A stretch of DNA of 64,000 nucleotides. Origin: an uncultured delta proteobacterium (GTDB lineage Bacteria > Desulfobacterota > Binatia > UBA9968). This document shows, piece by piece, positions 60,099 to 64,000 of the stretch. Location: NCBI GenBank assembly GCA_963745035.1, contig CAVUVW010000017.1, positions 192,001 through 256,000 of the forward strand, in the 5' to 3' direction. The translations under genes and the position numbers were made by a program. The notes beneath the pieces are model-generated. The model had not been told where the DNA came from. It ran no database searches and worked only from the letters and a program-made list of their open reading frames with translations. The first letter of the stretch is position 1, and each line of letters opens with the position of its first letter.

Positions 60099-61095
60099 TT
60101 ACCGGCCCGTCAACTTCTTCACGAATCCCTCTTCCTCTAGTTTCTTCAAAAACCGGTCGCTGACATAAGTTTTTCGCATCGACTTTGCCGAGCTTGGGCT
60201 CAGCTTCGACCAGCGGATCGATCACCGCCTGCATCGCCTTTACCGAGGGATAAGGAATATCCGGGATCCTGTTTTTGTTGTACTCGTAGGCTTCCTTGAG
60301 CAGCTCCTGATCGTTCATCCGGCTGAACTGCGCGAGAGCTTTGATTGTGTACTCGGGCTCGGTTTTGAAAATCTTGATCGCTTCGAGATAGGCGCGCAGG
60401 AAGTTTAGAATTCGAGCTTCATTCTTCAGCAACAGCTTCGCGCTGCCGCACATGCCCGTATTGAAATATGGAATCCCGAGTGCGCCGGCATCGGCAAGGA
60501 CGTTGAAATTGAACTTCTTCGCCGCCGCGCCGAACGGCGCGTTGAACACCGAGCCGTCGATGCTGCCGGATCTAAGCGCAGCGAGACGTTCGGTTTCGTT
60601 GCCGATTTGCAAAATGGTGGTGTCTTTCGGATCGACGCCCAGCCGTTTGAGAAGAGTGCGCGTGCCGAAATCTGAGGACGAAGCAAACCGGCTGATCCCT
60701 AATCGCTTACCCTTTAGCTCCGCCGCGGTCTTGATGTCCCGCCGGGTTGCCAGTTGGTAGCCCATCGTGTCGTCCGTCATGGCGATGTAGAGAATATCGG
60801 CGCCGCGCAGATTCGCTGCTACTCCGGGCGCACCCGTAAGCTGCCCGAGATCCACATCGCCGGAAACCATCGTCTGCACCACGGTCGTACCGCCGGGAAT
60901 GTAAACCACCACCGAAGACAAGCCGTATTTCGCGTAAAGGCCGCGCTTTTCAGCCAGTGAAACCAGCAGCGCGTGCGGATTCACCGAACTGTAAGCAATA
61001 CGAATCGTATCCGCAGCGAAACCGGTCTCAATACAACCGAGCAGAAGTACAACCGAAAGCAAAAACACCGACACCGATCGTTTCATCATCGTCAT
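60099..61095 (-). CDS. NitT/TauT SBP, extra A near 60172
   Basis: ELKGKRLGISRFASSSD; corrected frame ends KKLEEEGFVKKLTGR*. Confidence 0.83.
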
Positions 61096-61235
61096 CCTAT
61101 CCGTTCGAAAAAACTTCCACTTTCTAAGCGGTTGTACTCGCACAGCCGGCGGGAGTGTCAATCGGAGCAGGAAGACAGGATCTATGATGGAGCGATAAGA
61201 AATCGGAAGCGCGGGCTTCGAAAATCGAGCTGGCG

Positions 61236-62093
61236 CTATCCGCGAGCATACGCCGCCAGCGCCGCGCGCCAATCGCGCATCGGCGACAAACCCAGTTCCT
61301 CTGATAGCAAACAGCGGAGCGGCGTGTAGCGTGGACGAGCGGCGACTCTTTTCATATCGCGCTCGTGGCTGATTTCGATCAGCGGATCGATCTGCTCGTG
61401 CGTCAAACCCGCGAGCCGTCCCGCTTCCAGGGCGAATTCGTAGTACGTGCAGGTGCCCGCGTTGACGACATGGTAAGTGCCGTAACGCCGCGTGCGGAGA
61501 ATTTCGAGCGTGCGCGCGATCAGGTCTTCCACGTAGGTCGTGCTCGACCAGATGTCGTCGATGGCGCGAACTTTCTTGCCGGCCTTCAAGTCACCGCCGA
61601 CGGTGCAGAGAAAGCTGTTCTTGCCGCTGCCGTAAACCCAGGACGTGCGCACGATGTAACTGCGCGCGCACACCTCGCGCACCGCCTGCTCGCCGGCGAC
61701 TTTGCTCCTGCCGTAAACATTCACCGGCCCGGGCTCGTCTTCGATCGTGTACGGCGCGCGGCCGACGTGCTCGCCTGCGAAGGCGTACTGCGTGCCGAAC
61801 TGAACGATCTCCGCGCCGACCTCGTTCGCCGCTGCGGCGAGCAGCCGCGGCCCTTCGACGTTTACGGCGCGGGCTTTGGCCGGATTCTGCTCGGACTCGT
61901 CGACTTGCAGCACGGCGCAGTTGAAAATAACCTCGGGCCCGGTCCGAGCCGTGCAATGCTCGACCGCGGCGCGATCGGTGATGTCTAAATCGGCGCGCTG
62001 CAGCGCGACCACTTCATGTTCACGCGCTCTAGTCAGTGTTCTTGCGAGATGGCTGCCAACCAGCGAGGCGGCACCGGTGATGAGAATTTTCAC
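61236..62093 (-). CDS. rfbD: dTDP-4-dehydrorhamnose reductase-like SDR
   Basis: ILITGA, VIFNCA, PVNVYGRSK, IVRTSWVYG, A.RPRY. Confidence 0.85.
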   Translation of the reverse strand: MKILITGAASLVGSHLARTLTRAREHEVVALQRADLDITDRAAVEHCTARTGPEVIFNCAVLQVDESEQNPAKARAVNVEGPRLLAAAANEVGAEIVQFGTQYAFAGEHVGRAPYTIEDEPGPVNVYGRSKVAGEQAVREVCARSYIVRTSWVYGSGKNSFLCTVGGDLKAGKKVRAIDDIWSSTTYVEDLIARTLEILRTRRYGTYHVVNAGTCTYYEFALEAGRLAGLTHEQIDPLIEISHERDMKRVAARPRYTPLRCLLSEELGLSPMRDWRAALAAYARG

Positions 62094-62197
62094 AGGCGGT
62101 GAGTGTAGAACGAGCGGGCGGCGCCATCAAGTTGACGACGGCGAGGTGGAAGAAAAACTCACCAGCATGATCCGCAATGGACGGTCTCATTCAAAGC

Positions 62198-62227
62198 AAA
62201 AAAAAGGGGGCCAAAGGCCCCCCTTTC
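62198..62227 (-). terminator. Intrinsic terminator
   Basis: GC hairpin ggggcc-ttt-ggcccc followed by T8 on the reverse strand. Confidence 0.8.
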
Positions 62228-62251
62228 GATCGATGATCACGCCGCGCCTAT

Positions 62252-62614
62252 TTAGTATTCCCGCCGGCGTCTGAGCTCTTCGAGATCTCTCTGCTGGCGC
62301 TCAAGCTCCAACTGGTTCTGATAGATCTGCTGATCCTGGTGCGCGGCTTGATTTTCCCGTCCTTGCAGCTGATCGCCGACCAGAGCGCCCGCGCCGAGAC
62401 CGAGCGCCGCGCCGATAGCGGCGCCCGCGCCCGGATGGCGCACCGCGGAGCCGATGATACCGCCGGCGGCTGCGCCGCCGAGCGCGCCAATGCCGGCGCC
62501 TTTTTCCCGAGTAGTGAGCGAACCGCCCGCACACCCCACGGCCAAGGTGCTTGCCAGCCCGACGCTTCCGACGACGCCGGCAAAACTCGATTTCAGATTG
62601 GACATGAATCTCAT
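62252..62614 (-). CDS. Glycine-zipper lipoprotein
   Basis: LAVGC lipobox-like; GAGIGALGGAAAGGIIG. Confidence 0.8.
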   Translation of the reverse strand: MRFMSNLKSSFAGVVGSVGLASTLAVGCAGGSLTTREKGAGIGALGGAAAGGIIGSAVRHPGAGAAIGAALGLGAGALVGDQLQGRENQAAHQDQQIYQNQLELERQQRDLEELRRRREY

Positions 62615-62955
62615 AGTTTCGCCTCCTCGCATTGTTAGACGGCACAGCCAAGCGTTTGTTTACGCCTTTGCTGCTAAAAATAGCGCCGGAAGACCAACAA
62701 CTTACGAGCTAGATCACGCTTCGAATCGCCATGATGCATCGTTTGAAGTCCTCTATGCCGTGAGAGATCCGTCTTAGTGCCGCCGAAAATCTCCCGATCC
62801 AGGTAAGCGCCATAGATCATCCTGGCACAGGTCTACGTCCAGCTACCTAGAAGTCGAGCGCGCCATGACGGCACCAGGCCGCTTCCTCGGTTGGGGAGTG
62901 AAGAAGTGAAGCAGTGGGTGTTTTCGCGGGAAAAGAAAGCCGAGTATGCGCAAAG

Positions 62956-63810
62956 CTAGAAATCGGGTCCGCGCGACTTTAGAGCGGCCGATTGCGGCGG
63001 CCGCTTGTCTTCCACGAGCTCGAGTTGAACGCTGCCGAAGGCGATTTTGCTGCTGAGCTTTACTGGCACTCGGCGCTCGTCGGTGGAGATCCAGATCGTC
63101 GCCTCGTTGAAACGGTTGGCATAGCCCTTCTTCGTGATGTTTTGAACGCGCGGAATGATGCGGTAGGCTTCGACGCTGTTGCCGGACCGCAGCTCAACCT
63201 GCTCTTTCCTTTCGACAAACAGCTCCAGCAGATATTGATAACGCCCGCCAAAGACCTTGAAATAGAGCTTATCGCCGACTTTGAAATCAACGCTTCGCGC
63301 CAGATAGACGGCCGTGATCGGGTCGAGTGTGTTGTTCGAGTCGAAATGGTAAACACGGGGCTTCTTGCCGGCCTGCTGCCGGTTGACGGCCCACCGCTTG
63401 GACGCGGGATTGAAACGCGCATCGGTGTCGATCACTCGGGAATTTTCCCGCTGGTTGAAAGTAAAGTGCGACGGCGAGAGCGACTTGGCGTCGAAGGTCG
63501 AGCTGATGGTATCGCGCATGCGCCAGATCAAATCGAGGGCCCGGGAAGTCTTCGCCTCGACCCGCACCTGGTAGACTTTCTTGCCGTCGACGACGGCAAG
63601 AACCGTATGAATTTCAGCTGTGGCCACGGAAAGCATGCCATTCCAAGTCGCCTGATAAACTTCTTTCTCGCCGTCTTCGAAGGGATAAAATTTAGGCTGG
63701 TAAGCGGGCACGGCCTCGGGCTTGATCATCGCCTCGCCCGCCCGGGAGATCGAGGCGACCATGAAGCAAAGCACAATAACGAGACCGATCAAAATTTTTC
63801 TATAAGGCAT
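62956..63810 (-). CDS. DUF3108-like exported protein
   Basis: Signal peptide; PFEDGEKEVY...TLDPITAVY..R...IWISTDERRVPVK. Confidence 0.75.
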   Translation of the reverse strand: MPYRKILIGLVIVLCFMVASISRAGEAMIKPEAVPAYQPKFYPFEDGEKEVYQATWNGMLSVATAEIHTVLAVVDGKKVYQVRVEAKTSRALDLIWRMRDTISSTFDAKSLSPSHFTFNQRENSRVIDTDARFNPASKRWAVNRQQAGKKPRVYHFDSNNTLDPITAVYLARSVDFKVGDKLYFKVFGGRYQYLLELFVERKEQVELRSGNSVEAYRIIPRVQNITKKGYANRFNEATIWISTDERRVPVKLSSKIAFGSVQLELVEDKRPPQSAALKSRGPDF

Positions 63811-64000
63811 GACAATCGTTAGACGCGTCGGGTCGGCAATCGTTTATCCGACAAAGCTGGCACGAGATATTTTTTTGGCGAATCGTTGCGGCGGAAGGCT
63901 CGCGGCTCTTTTCGACTTCGCCTACGATAGCAGAACCGCCGCGTTAAGTCTCTGATTAATTGCGGTCAGCCCCTGGTTCAGGCTACTATCCGACAGAATA

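Noticed and set aside
23345-60180. Programmed frameshifting in split genes
   Set aside because: Scattered single-base indels in unrelated families without slippery-site context; sequencing error is more likely
13073-63822. Long alternative-frame and antisense ORFs overlapping assigned genes
   Set aside because: Expected in high-GC DNA; no family motifs

Overview
GC-rich bacterial window. Gene content (many orphan solute-binding proteins, amidohydrolases, cupin and Rieske oxygenases) suggests a Candidatus Binatia-like genome; this is inference only. Bases 1-12459 hold a minus-strand tandem array of ABC_sub_bind/COG2984-type substrate-binding-protein (SBP) genes: 10 near-complete copies, one copy cut by the window edge and one orphan 3' fragment, with no permease or ATPase. 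Nearly every junction carries a short tract of 7-bp tandem repeats, from four sequence families. Two self-promoted type II toxin-antitoxin modules sit in the array in the opposite orientation. A four-helix-bundle (IVP/Avd-like) gene sits between inverted heptamer arms that occur empty at neighbouring junctions. Together this looks like a cassette-like repertoire of diversified ligand-binding proteins. Bases 13-64 kb are mostly metabolic and transport genes (thiolase/DUF35, SlyD x2, MFS x2, sirtuin, aromatic ring-cleavage and Rieske genes, a Fe3+/polyamine-type ABC operon, pirin/LysR, rfbD). They are punctuated by several families of palindromic intergenic elements built from 7-9-bp units and by GTAG-type REPs. 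Many genes carry single-base indels, often in short homopolymers, which are probably sequencing errors. No rRNA, tRNA, CRISPR, integrase, transposase or reverse transcriptase was recognised.
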